Source of the DNA: Pecten maximus
Lineage: Eukaryota
NCBI RefSeq assembly: GCF_902652985.1
Contig: NC_047019.1
Coordinates: 11,780,001-11,844,000 of the forward strand
DNA: 64,000 bases
Reading direction: 5' to 3'
In this document: positions 1 to 12,571 of the stretch, piece by piece
Layout: every line of letters begins with the position of its first letter
Numbering within the stretch: position 1 is the stretch's first letter
Translations under genes and position numbers: made by a program
The notes under the pieces: model-generated
Seen by the model: only the letters and a program-made list of their open reading frames with translations
Told to the model about the DNA's origin: nothing
Database searches by the model: none

Positions 1-139
1 GAACAAAAGTTGTTGGTTTGCTGTTAGTGGGATTTCTGATGCCTTCTTGTGATAGTTATACTGGTCTAATACTTTTTATTTTGACAAAATAATTTACCAA
101 TAAATTATCAAAAATTCTTTTGTATTTAGTCAATTTTCT

Positions 140-430
140 TTAACTGTTGCAATACAGTACCCATGTGTTCTAGTTTTTTAATGGACACGTATTAATTCTA
201 CCTGTTACGCTGAAATTCTCATGTGTTCTATTACCAGTCTTTTAATAGTCACATTACAGTTCCCATGTATTCTATTATTAGTTTTTAATGGTGACATATT
301 AATTGTAACTGTTACGCTGAAGTTCACATGTGTTCTATTATTAGCCTTTTAATGGCCACATATTAATTGTAGCTGTAACATTCCGGTTCCTATGTTGTTT
401 TTGATTTTTTAAGGATCACATATTAATTTG
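140..430. repeat. Degenerate tandem repeat, roughly 45-65 bp unit
   Basis: The block cccatgtgttctattattagtttttaatgg..acatattaatt..ctgttac recurs about 5 times. Confidence 0.55.
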
Positions 431-1133
431 CCGTTCTTCGTTAGTTATCTACATTGGCGTCTCCTCTTTTAAAACTACGAAGTCCACACAAAGCTTGATT
501 ATCAACAAACTTAAGGCTGTATACTTTATACATCAAATGACAAAACACTAAGTGTTATACGGATTAAGCCTAGCTATTATATCACTCCTACATCGACAGT
601 GGTGTCACACCAATCTATATAAATACAAAATTTTAATTAAATTTGGATTCGGTTATTTTCACTTCGCTTATTTTTGTTAAAGCGTTCTTTATACACTCGA
701 ACCTGATGTTTTTAAACGGTATTTGGTGATATAAAATACACAGACAGCACAAACTTGTTTGTGTCGGCCTTATGTCAGGTAAAGCTCTCTAAAGTAATGG
801 TATACCAGTGATTCTTATTGATTATATGGCCACGTAGACCAAAAAATGCATTACGGAAATCTGTAATTTGTCAATTAACAATAAAAAAATCAATGCTCCT
901 TTTGTGAAAAGACTAAAAAAACGAAAGTGGCATGAATAACAAATTGCTGTATTACTGATTATGAGGTGAGGGTTAAGATAACCCGCTAAATTTAGGTAGA
1001 CATTTGCGTGATTAATTAACTTATAAACATTCAACGGAATCCATTAGGATTTAAACATGTCATTACAGGTATTTACAGAGGAGATCTAATACATACGACA
1101 CGTAAAGGCAAAATGCACAAAAAAACCCAGTTT

Positions 1134-2075
1134 TATTCACTGTAGGCCGATGGAACAGTCGTATACTGAAGGCTGAGCCAACAGTCGTATTCACTGTAGA
1201 CTGAGGGAACAGTCGTATTCACTGTAGACTGAGGGACCAGTCGTATTCACTGTAGACTAGGGAACAGTCGTATTCATTGTAGACTGAGGGAACAGTCGTA
1301 TTCACTGTAGACAGAGGGAACAGTCGTATTAACTGTAGACTGAGGAAACAGTCGTATTCACTGTAGACTGGGGGAACAGTCGTATTAACTGTAGACTGGG
1401 GGAACAGTAGTATTCACTGTAGACTGAGGGAACAGTCGTATTCACTGTAGACTGGGGGAACAGTCGTAGACAGAGGGAACAGTCGTATTAACTGTAGACT
1501 GAGGGAACAGTCGTATTCACTGTAGATGAGGGAACAGTCGTATTCACTGTAGACTGGGGGAACAGTCGTATTCACTGTAGACTGAGGGAACAGTCCTATT
1601 AACTGTAGACTGAGACAACAGTCGTAGACTGAGGGAACAGTCGTATTCACTGTAGACTAGGGAGCAGTCGTATTCACTGTAGACTAGGGAACAGTCGTAT
1701 TCATTGTAGACTGAGGGAACAGTCGTATTAACTGTAGACTGAGGCAACAGTCGTATTCACTGTAGACTGAGGCAACAGTCGTATTCACTGTAGACTGGGG
1801 GAACAGTCGTATTCACTGTAGACTGGGGGAACAGTCGTATTCACTGTAGACTGAGGGAACAGTCGTATTCACTGTAGACTGGGGGAACAGTCGTATTCAC
1901 TGTAGACTGGGGGAACAGTCGTATTCACTGTAGACTGGGGGAACAGTCGTATTCACTGTAGACTGGGGGACCAGTCGTATTCACTGAAGACTGGGGGAAC
2001 AGTCGAATTCACTGTAGACTGAGGCAACAGTCGTATTCAGTTTAAACCTAAATACTCGTATTCACTGTTCATATA
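1134..2075. repeat. 28-bp minisatellite, ~30+ copies
   Basis: Head-to-tail unit ATTCACTGTAGACTG(A/G)GGGAACAGTCGT with no spacers and decaying edges. Confidence 0.95.
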
Positions 2076-2669
2076 ACAGTTGAATTCACTGTAATGTATT
2101 ACCAGTTTGACAGAACAGTCATATTCAATTTAACAGTCATATTGACTGTTACAGGTTTTTATTCACCTTTAAATTTGAATTCATTGTAGATATACTTTTA
2201 AGATGTATATACATTAGTAGTGATTTGTGTACAGCAGTCGAATGTCACAATCATATGTATCACCTATACGTACTGAAGCGTTATATCATTAGTGATATTC
2301 CTCACTAAATAATTACATTCAATACCAATGAAATAGACATTCGAATTGTGTCAAAATGTATCAGGACCACACTATTTACGTAAATTTTATAGAATATGGA
2401 AATATTAACGATGATGTCGACTTACCTGCTGTCATTAGCGATGTAATTCCCCTTTCCACGTAATTACATAGAACTCATTTAACCAATGTCACAGTGAAGA
2501 GACGATGTCCTCACTATCCGTATACTGTGTACAGTTTGTAAGAGACACTATAAATACTTCAAGTAAGAGTTAGGGTAAACAACTATTCTTTAATTCTAAA
2601 GAAAACATTTCGTCTACTTAGATTTTTTTTATCTATAGTTGAATAAGATTTGGTTGAGTGACGGGTTTA

Positions 2670-2865
2670 TGTATATGGTATCGCACACCTAATCTTGTGG
2701 ACCCTCTACTTAACAGCGACGATATATACGACTAGCATTGAAAGGGCGTCGCCTTCAGGTGCGTGACGTGAATATAAACTACTGTAAGATAAGGACACCT
2801 ACTCTCTGATTTGAAACCCAAAACTATACGACTCGTACATTTAAAGAACCTTCTGTGTACAAACT
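2670..2865 (+). mobile_element. Degenerate SINE-like fragment
   Basis: GC-richer block ending ...tatacgactcgtacatttaaagaacct. It resembles central-domain SINE sequence of invertebrates; recognised from memory only. Confidence 0.3.
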
Positions 2866-3696
2866 TATCAAATAAGTCCAATCAGGTGGAAGAATTGAAG
2901 TGAATTACTTTCATTTAAAATTCCTTACGGTATTTCTCAGCGAAGCCTGATAAAACAGCGATAGTTTATTGGTTTTTAGCCGGAAGGTCAAATTTCTCCT
3001 AAAGCACAAGAAAGATTGGAAATGTTGGTAGTTTGTTATGTATGTATAGTGGGTTAGGTAAGGTGTAAACTGATATATTAGTGAGTTATATGGTGTAAAC
3101 ACGTTATATGAATTGTATAACAATCAGAACTGCATGTAATCATGTAAGTGATGAAAAGTAATCCTTCTAATAAAATCTCAACGTATTCACGTAAAGTGTT
3201 AATGGCCAATATGACAAGCCGACTAGAATTTCATAGGGGGATAAATATAAATTGTATTATTGCATAGATCTGGAGTGAACAGGTAAATGTATTACATAAC
3301 CAATGTTATGAAATTATTAAAGATATAATATCAGTATATGTTTTATTCAGTATTATTTACCGGTAGCACATACATTGCATAAAACTATAACAGGCTTATT
3401 TCGACAGGGACATTTTCCACTACCTAGAAAAATAATATGACGTCATTTATTTATTCTCGATAGTAATATTTCCCGTGGGTCTAATTATCATTAAAACAAT
3501 GATTAAAATAATCCAGAACAAACAATTCAAAGATTAAATAAATCTTAAACGAGAATTTGTTATCGTGCGCTAAAGAATTTTCATTTTCTTGTTTGCAACA
3601 TTATCATCACCATGTTACATCTTTCATATTTATATCCAATATATATTTTTATCCAGTGTCAGATCTACCACATGTTGTTGCCAAAGTATCAACACA

Positions 3697-6600
3697 TTAG
3701 CATGAACGTTCCATTTTGTGATAAAACAATAGATACGCGTCGGAGCAAATGGGATACCCATTGTCTGGACTCACTCGCGTGACAATAGAATCTGTGCAAT
3801 GGTACCATGTACTTGAACGGTCACGTGCATGACCACGTGTGTCGTTGTCTCTGTGGGTTGGGGTAGCAAGGTCACGCTGACCTTTCAGTGTCTGTACATA
3901 TGACACATAATGACCACCTTCGATAGTCCCTAGATGGGAAATAATGGCGTATAACTTGTATGTAACTAAGGATTTTTCGCCCTGAAAAAAAGAAAAGAAA
4001 AAAGAAACATTAAAAACATTGCATTCGTTGTCATACATTGGGGAATGATGCAGACAGTTCAAAAGTGCAGCTTATTTAATAAAGCTAGTTTCAACATTAA
4101 ATGTCAGAGGATAAACAAAATAAATGCGTTTTTTTTTTACTTTAGATATCGATATTAACCACTTACTGTATGGAGCTGTATTTTCTTGTTGTATGGAACC
4201 AAGGTTTGTAGTTTTTCTAATTTCACGAGTCCATTACTTGTTCTCACCTTTGAGAAATAGAGAAGCAGCGCATAGAACAGTATATAAATAATTTTTACTG
4301 GGGCCGTCAGTAGCAAATATAGACATTGGTGTTGAGTTCAGGTTGAAATCCCTATCAGTTTACAACATTACATTGACTGATGTTCATGACCACTGAATGT
4401 CATATAAGTATACGTTAAAGGTGTAAGACTTTATAAGGAAAGTACATTTTTACATTGGTGAAGTCTTTATACGGAAAGTACTTTTTTTACATTGGTGAAG
4501 ACTTTATAAAGATAGTACTATTTTACATTGGTGAAGACTTGATAAGGAAAGTACTGGTTTACATTGGTGAAAATACACACCTCTTTAAATCTTGCCAGTT
4601 GAAGGATAAAAATGCTGGGAGCTCTCTCAAGCAGTAACTCTTTGATATACAATTTTCCAGCCCCTGATTTCTGACCTGTAACAGTAAACTACACTTTAAG
4701 CCTATCCACACTTTTAATTCAATTCCTTATCAATAAAATGGGAGATTTCTCCTGGATCGGTGCCAGGACCCAGTAAAGGAGATAGGGTTAGTGTCTTCAA
4801 ACGACGTCTCCTTTGATGCATTCAAAACATTTAAAAAGACTTCATTTCGCGTATTCGTGTCTAACGATTTTTTCGTGGCGGTTTAATTTGGCGATTTGCA
4901 ATCATAAAAGGCATACTGTACCTGTAATTGAAACTATTTCGCGTCGATTAATTTTGCTAATTTTAATCGCCCGCGAAATACGTCCAAAATAATTGCACGC
5001 GAAAGTTCGTTGGTTATTAGTAGTGAAGGAAAATGAGAGCTTGGATTATGCCAAAGATTGTCACTGCAGTATCGAATTGTTGGATATCATTTCTAGTATA
5101 AATTGAACAAAACGTCAGCAATTCAGCCTAGTGACAGTCTGTTACCCAAAATCTCCTTTGAACAAAAACACCGAAATTTACATGTCAAATTTCAGAAGCA
5201 TGGTGTTGGGAAAAGATAAATCCGGACAAGTTACACGCACTAATTTACAATGATCTTGTTTGTACTTAACTGACTATACTTGTTTGATGCTGTATTATAC
5301 CATCCTTGAAGGCGCATTTCCCGCCATTCCTAGCCCACATTATCGTCTTAAGTCTAAAGAGTAGGTAATGTACAGTTTGCTTGCTGGTTTTAACGTTCCG
5401 TGAAGAGCCGAGGTCATTTTGAGGTGGGTATCATTGTAGTAGTTGGTGACAACCTCACTGAACAACAAACGGGAGGCCCATCCAGAGCATTGATCTAACT
5501 GACTGAGCTATCGCGGCCCCTCCTCAAATGTACAAAATAAACATACATATTTATATGTAGATATGATGCCCTTCCTTTTTTGCTGTAATTGGACTTCAAT
5601 ATTATTGCCAAATCTCATAAACTCGTGTCAGAGTTAATGCATTACCTTTACTACACGATCGACACAACATATTGGAATCTGCCAACCTTTCCTTTCGGAA
5701 AAGGAGCTGTATACCATTATCCACAGATTTCTAGAATAATAAATTGAAGAAAAAAAATGTAAATCATCACAACGATATCATTATATACCATCTCAGTCTA
5801 ACCTCTAAGTGCTCATGGTGTTAACATAGAAATCAAAACATATTTTGTACGTGATACAGAACAAGTTTAAATGATAACTATGGTATTCGGAATATGTTTT
5901 TTCTTTGATGCACAAGACCTAATATGTTGAACTTGTTGATTATAGGTTACATTTACAGGTATAATATGCTTAAAAACATTGCACATTTTATTGCATTCGT
6001 TTATTTGATTTCTATTGGAATGGGATAACAGTTTGATGATATGCACATGTTGGCCCTAACTAACCATACATCATGGTCTCATGGTTCATGACGATGGCGC
6101 TTTTGGCGATATCTTTTTTTTTTTTTTAATTTTTTTTTCTTTCACTGGTTAATACAGTCTATGAATGGATTGCAGTTATAGTCATAGTATCTTAAGCAGA
6201 ATATCTGAGTTTCACAATAAAAAACAAAATTGCCCATTTTCGTATGTTTTGATCATTACCTCAGTGACAGGAATACATAACGATGTGAAGTCCTGAAGTT
6301 CGGAACACTCTTTCTGAAAATCAATTAAAAATAATTCTCAATTCTGTGGATCATGTTAAGGAGTCTTTATAGCATTGCCAGCCATGAAAATAAACTATAT
6401 TGAGAAGTCAAAATAGATAGACTTACTTGCATACATTTTGCGCATTCAAATCGATTCTTTATCTGTCCCGTGAATAACTCCATACTGTCTAAAAGATAAA
6501 AAAAAAAAAAAAAAAGAATATTGAAATACACACACACTTTTATAATTAACATATGATATCGAACGAAACGAACATAATGATAAACATATAAATTGTTTTA

Positions 6601-9600
6601 TATTTTACATATCGTATGGAAGAGAAAGGAGCACTTCAATACACATACATTTCTATATATCACATATACATAGCAAGAAGTATTGAAATACACATACATT
6701 TTTATATGAAGCATATTATTATATATATTTTTAAGTATAACAATTTACATATTTTTTATATGGATTATTTGATTTCTAAAATGAGTATTATCATACACAT
6801 ACCAAGTGAGTCTTAATTTTCCTATTTAACCTGTAATATCGAAAAGTAAAGTGTAGCTGGGAAATGCTATCTCAACCACGCTCTGCAGATAGGGCGTAAG
6901 AATTGTACCTGCTGCCCCCATCGCATGATCGTAAGAGGCGACTGAACTTTTGTCACCTTGTCAATGCCTCACTTTGACATTTAGTTGAGCGTTCGCCCCT
7001 GTGAGGAAGGCTTTGGATTCTGTCCCCTGGCCGAGACATACCAGAGTCTTTAAAAATGGTAGTTGCTACTCCTGCTTAGCGCTCAGCATAATAGGAGTAG
7101 GACGATTGGTTCGCCCGTTGTCAGTATAATGTAACCGGGTGGGGTGTCCTGTTGGATGTCTTCGGCAGTTTGCTTCAGTGAGGTAGCACTATAAATCGGC
7201 AAAAGTTCTGGACGTACACAAGGAGACTTAACACGAACATACAGCAGCCTCCCAAAACACATTTATGCACTCACCACATGCATGCATATCGCACTCACGG
7301 GAGGCTGTTCTTAAATGACCTTTTTTTTAAATCATAATCATGCGTGCAAACTATAGACATTAAAGTATGAACCTTTTCCCAGGTCTTCTCTCAAAGCTTC
7401 AATCAGACACAACAGAAAGGAATGGCAGTCGTGCTGTTTCCAGAAGGAAAAGTCATCCCCACTACAGCGGAAAATATACAGATAGAAAAACATTAACCTA
7501 CCCACTGAAATAGTTTAACTATTTTCCTACAATAGTAAAGAGAGACAATACGAACAAAGAACACTTTCACTGTAGGGGAAAACTGTAATTTATAAATTTC
7601 TGCTGATATATAATTCATTATTTGATTTGAATATTCTATGTACATTATTGTATCATAATCATACGTTTGTCACACGATAAATATTGTTTGATAACATGAT
7701 GTTCCAACGAAAACTGATCTATGAATTTGCTTTTATTCTTCAACATAGTTTCTTCCTTTAATCCATGGTTTTTTTCGTTCATCATATGATTTGTACCAAA
7801 AAGATATAAAAATTGCACTGTTTTAATATATAACACATAAACATCGCAGAGGAAGAGCTCACAGATCTAATGTTCGGGATAATTTTATAAGTCTTTTCGT
7901 GACTGCATTTCATATATATTTGATATATTTTGTCATCTCTATTTATCTCTATTAGTATTTTTCGCTGTAAGTAATAATGATTGATATATATATACATATT
8001 GCCACATTATCAGTTACCGTCTGATGACTTCAGCTTGCAATGCTTCTGTACTACTTTGACCCAGTGCACCATTTACATCTACAATGACTTCTAAAAGTGT
8101 GCTTGCCAGATACTTTTGTTTACTCTGAAATAAAATTAAAAAAACAACTTCTATGACACTAATTTGACATGAACAAGCATATGCGTAACATCACAAATTC
8201 ACACGATTTACTAATCTAATTGCTATGGTTATTGATGTGTTGTTTACATTAGTTATTTTAAGGATTTTCTTTGTTTGGACGAATCTATATAGTAGAAAAT
8301 ATCATAACACAACACTAATCAAATTTCAGTTGTTGTTGTTTTATTTAATATCTTTGCTTTCAATTGTGAGGCGGTCAGAAATGGCACCAATACCCCCACG
8401 AAATACTGGAATAGATAATTAAATCAAATAAAACATTTTTATTTTTCTAACATTACTTATTTTTAATTTTTTATTTCTTAATTATTTTTGTACTTTTATT
8501 TTCCCAATACTAGCTATATTTTAATTTATGATTAATTCCAATTATCGATTAATTAGCTTTTTGCAACATAAGATGATGAATATATAATTTTATCATAATA
8601 CTAAGTACAAAGACAAGTTGTTCAGGACTTAAGTGAACGGTTCTGAGGAACATAAAGGTCTGCTCTGAGTGTGAACCTTACCTTACTGCAATAGTCATGC
8701 ACATCCTCAAAAAATCCTGGCGTTTGTGCTAACACCTGTAAAATAATAGGAAAACATTCAGATTACAGACCAGATAAGCTTAGCAATACTGATAAAGCGC
8801 TTTGTGTTTTCAGCAATACGAAATAAAAGGTTTTAACATCATCATCGTCGTTGTCGTCGTCGTCATTATCATCATCGAGGAATATATGTAGTTGTCGTCT
8901 ACAGGTAAATATCTTAAGGTAAATTATTATTTGTAAATCAGTCAGAACTCTTAAGTAGTTAGTACTACAGGTGTTCGACGGAAGTTATATATCAAAACAA
9001 ACATGACGTTTTTGTGATAGTTTATACATCTTTTAAAAATATATGCGTGACAAATTAGTAATAGAATGGTTACCTGTACAACAGCGTTGATGGCGCATGT
9101 CAATTTTGAGTTTTTTAGCCCCTATGTAAAAGAAACAAGTTTATGTTAATATTTCAGGTGAAGGGTAATATCAGATTTTATATTCAGATACAATATGTGT
9201 CTTAAACGTTATCCGTCCATAAATTGTATTGACAAAAAGGAAAACAACACCAAACCAATTCATTCTCTCTTTAGTTCTAAATGTTTAATATGTTACTTTT
9301 CGGAGCCGTTCTATTCTATTTTCGTCATTAGTTGATATATACGTACCCTTATTTCATATCTTTGGCTGTACTGATCATGAACGTCAGGTCCTTGTTTTGA
9401 AAGTACAGCTTCGTGTTCATACCGACGGTGATGTGCTATGAATGCGAAAGGGTTAAGTTTAATTTTCTCCTATATCGTAAAGCATGTATTAGGAGAATTT
9501 TTAGTTGCTTACTGGTATACCGCATACATGATTCCGGCTTTTTGCTAGTTGTTGTCTCGGAGACTATAGTCAATGTTCTGTCGACGTGAAAACTCAAATG

Positions 9601-12469
9601 ATAATGCTCATTTCTACCGGGTGTCTTAAAAACTGTCCCTGTTATAACAACTAAACTAAGAATCCGTAAAGTTTAAGGGTACTTGCTGATGTTAAAGTAT
9701 TTGTTGGAAAACAGAAGATACATACCGTTTAGGATACTTGGCAGGACCTGCTCGTTGTTTTTAACACTATCCTAAAACACAAATATATAGATATCTCAGT
9801 AGACGATTTGCTAACAAATATGTCATTGGTATTGGTGACGTCTGGTAACAGTCAACAAGAAATAGGATACATTCATTTCCTATGGGTTATGGCAAGCCGT
9901 TTGGGTTTTTACCTATTAAATACAGATATCTGTATTCAAAATAAAAATATCATTATTAATATAAAAATTAAAGATATCTTTAATTCAAAGAGAGATATCT
10001 TTAATTTAAATAGAGATATCTTTAATTGAATTAGAGATATCTGTATTTGAGTTAGAGATATCCCTATTTAAAATACAGATATCTCTAATTAAACACGAAA
10101 TAGAGATATCTCTAATTCAAATACAGATATATCTAATTCAATTAAAGATATCTTTATTTCAATTAGAGATATCTGCATTTCATTGTAAATAAATATATCT
10201 GTATTTAAAATAAAGATATCTTTAATTCAAATACAGATATCTCTAATTCAAATACAGATATCTCTAATTCAATTAAAGATATCTCTATTTCAAATACCGA
10301 TATCTCTTATTGTTGTAGAAATACAGATATCTTTATTTTGAATACAGATATCTCTATTTGAATTAAAGATATCTTTATTTGACATGAAATAGAAATATCT
10401 GTATTTAACCATCAAAATAGGAAAAACGACTGCTCCCTTGATTCTCCCTTTTGCGCATGACGGAAGTAAAGCAGTAGTGACGCAAAATGGCGGGAAATGC
10501 AGACCGTGTGCTGCTTTCAATGGTACTGCGTATAGCCGCAACAGTTCGCTCTATTTTCCGTAGAACAGTTGCCATGTTCTGTTCTTTAGAAATCCCCTCC
10601 AAGTAGCAAGTTCATCGGTTTATACCTACATCTCTCATGCATGCATATGGGATCCGGATAGTCCAATTTAATTACAAGCGTTTCGTTAACATTGATCAGG
10701 ATTAGGGAGTAATCATTATTTTCTTTGTGTTTCAATATTAATCTTCGCACTGAGCAAACACGTGTAAATACAGATATCTTTAATTCAAATAGAGATATCT
10801 GTATTTGAAATAGAGATATCTGTATTGCAAAGTAATTGCAGATATGTCTAATTCAATTAAAGATATCTCTATTTAAAATAGAGATATCTTTAATTGAATT
10901 AGAGATATCTGTATTTGAATTAGAGATATCTGTATTTAAAATGAAGACATTTCTATTTAAACAAAATTAAAGATATCTCTATTTAAAAAAGGGATATCTT
11001 TAATTCAGATAGAGATATCTCTATTTTAAATAAAGATATCTTTAATTGGACAAGAATTAAAGAAATCTCTATTTAAAATAAAGATATCTCAATTACAATT
11101 AAAGATATCTGTAATTCAAATAGAGATATCTTAATTTGAAATAGAGATATCTGTCATTTAAAAGAAGATATCTCTATTTTCAGTAGAAATAGAGATATCT
11201 GTATTTAAATTAGACATATCTTTATTTAAATAGATATATATTTATTTAAATTACAGATATCTCTAATTAAATAGAGATATCTTCATTTTAAATAGAGATA
11301 TCTTTAATTAAATAGATATATCTCAATTTCAATTGGTAAAAACCCAAACGGCTTGCCATAATGGGTTGTAATTAAGTGGATGTTGTAATATGTACTTTTC
11401 GATGATTAAGAGACACTTTTCCAGAATTGCCATGGCTGTTTTATTTAACGTATTACGAATCACTATAAATTCATTTTTTATATATATTTATGTATTTATG
11501 ATCTAGCGAAGCCCATGTTTCAATATGAAATCCTAAAATGGCTGCTCCCTTAAATTATTACTTTTATTATTCAAAGAAGTCGTGGTTCAGAAACAATTTA
11601 CAAGTGAAACATGATCATTTGTGGAACATATCTCTTAGCTACTCAGTCGAAATGATGGGCTATTGACCAATACAATTACTCATAACAATCATTCGTATAC
11701 TCTTTATGTCTTTACCATTACCAACAGAAGAACAAATATATAACTCATCTAATATTTGCTTATGGTTATCATTATTGTAAAATTGCTATAGAATGGATAT
11801 TATAGTATATGTTTGACAACAAGTACTTACTATGTTGAGCAGTTTGCCATATCTATGACATATTAAACATTTGTAGCAGTTTGTTAGCCTGCTTCCGTGA
11901 ATTTTACTCTTCATTGTCATTCCTCTCTTACAGTATCGGCAGTGTATGTGACGACATGCTTCAACCAGAACTGGATCCTGTTTGAGTATCGAGTTTGTAT
12001 TGTTCTATTATACACTGAACAAACACAAAAAACAAAACAAAAGCACGATATCTGAAATTGTCTCATAGTGGTGCAATTTAAATTACAATGTAGTTTTATC
12101 GAGATAAGGGGTTAAATTAACATAATCTGATAATCTCGACCACAAAGTCCAAGAAAAAGATAATTTTGCATGAATAGGTATACTGATTATGCAGTTTTTT
12201 GACTGAATAAATCGGCAAAATGCATGAATAAATCGAATATCTATTGCAATATTAAAGAAAAGAAGAGTTTGAGATAATTTTGTTTGCAGTATTTCTTTGC
12301 TCTTCTGCCTAAGAAGGGTTTTTCAGGCACACATAATGCTAAGTTGTCAGTCATTTCTTATCAAATGCATTTTAAATAAAAACAAAGCACATGCCCGATG
12401 ATAAAATTATACACTTACTGTCCCTGCGTCCATTTTACAGAAATCACAGTGCAGCGGTCCGGACGCCAT
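3697..12469 (-). CDS. Gene 1: RING-finger (C3HC4) + USP/peptidase C19 deubiquitinase fusion, ~472 aa, 15 coding exons
   Basis: Phase-consistent GT-AG exons in transcript order: 12419-12469, 11831-11977, 9726-9771, 9513-9638, 9347-9435, 9074-9121, 8682-8735, 8018-8124, 7373-7461, 6427-6488, 6260-6313, 5646-5730, 4581-4675, 4167-4247, 3697-3981. N-terminus MASGPLHCDFCKMDAGT|DPVLVEACRHIHCRYC...YKCLIC is a RING. Cys box GLKNSKLTCAINAVVQ|VLAQTP; QHDCHSFL; CAKC and CRSC zinc pairs; APSIFILQLARF; His box YKLYAIISHLGTIEGGHYVSYV...WYHCTDSIV...AYLLFY. Confidence 0.85.
4422..4572. repeat. ~33-bp tandem repeat, ~4 copies, intronic
   Basis: Unit ACATTGGTGAAGACTTTATAAGGAAAGTACTTTTT repeated in the intron next to exon 4581-4675. 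Confidence 0.8.
5375..5521 (-). mobile_element. Internally deleted tRNA-derived SINE
   Basis: The minus strand starts GGGGCCGCGATAGCTCAGTCAGTTAGA (A-box-like). It ends AAATGACCTCGGCTCTTCACGGAACGTTAAAACC, similar to the tail of the SINE at 49096. Confidence 0.55.
6880..7321 (+). mobile_element. SINE, 5'-truncated and possibly composite, in a gene 1 intron
   Basis: GC-rich block with a tRNA-like remnant (GTTGAGCGTTCGCCCCTGTG...CCCCTGGCCGAG). Its 3' end CTTAAATGACC is shared with the SINEs at 15370 and 49096. Confidence 0.55.
9888..11360. mobile_element. Non-autonomous TIR DNA transposon, IS3EU-like, with AGATATCT subterminal arrays
   Basis: Perfect 26-bp TIR TATGGCAAGCCGTTTGGGTTTTTACC / GGTAAAAACCCAAACGGCTTGCCATA. 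6-bp TSD ATGGGT (9882-9887 and 11361-11366). Dozens of ~20-bp AGAGATATCT repeats on both arms surround a unique core (~10410-10770). Confidence 0.85.
11831..12469 (-). other. RING-HC (C3HC4) domain exons of gene 1
   Basis: The spliced peptide has C-x2-C-x13-C-x-H-x2-C-x2-C-x20-C-x2-C spacing. It is split by a phase-0 intron (donor gtaagt at 12418, acceptor cag at 11978). Confidence 0.85.
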
Positions 12470-12512
12470 TTTAGAATATATCCTAAAATCATTTGTCAAT
12501 ATAATGATATAG

Positions 12513-12571
12513 GAAAACGAAAGTAAAACGATGTTTAATTATGTATTCCATGTTGAAACGAAACCGAAAGT
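12513..12571. promoter_or_regulatory. ISRE/IRF-binding motifs upstream of gene 1
   Basis: GAAAACGAAAGT (12513-12524) and GAAACGAAACCGAAAGT (12555-12571), 45-100 nt upstream of the ATG. Both match the GAAAN(N)GAAA IRF consensus. Confidence 0.7.

Noticed and set aside
1134-2075. 28-bp repeat array as a CRISPR array or as coding ORFs (1414-1650, 1544-1747)
   Set aside because: The units are head-to-tail with no unique spacers, there are no cas genes, and the context is eukaryotic. The ORFs are by-products of the repeat.
3982-4062. ORF-track starts for the His-box ORFs (4062, 16747, 41719) as stand-alone small genes
   Set aside because: These are terminal exons. Splice acceptors at 3982, 16676 and 41741 link them to upstream USP exons.
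10290-10602. Transposase remnant in the core of the TIR element
   Set aside because: The ORFs are short with no recognisable DDE or DNA-binding motif.
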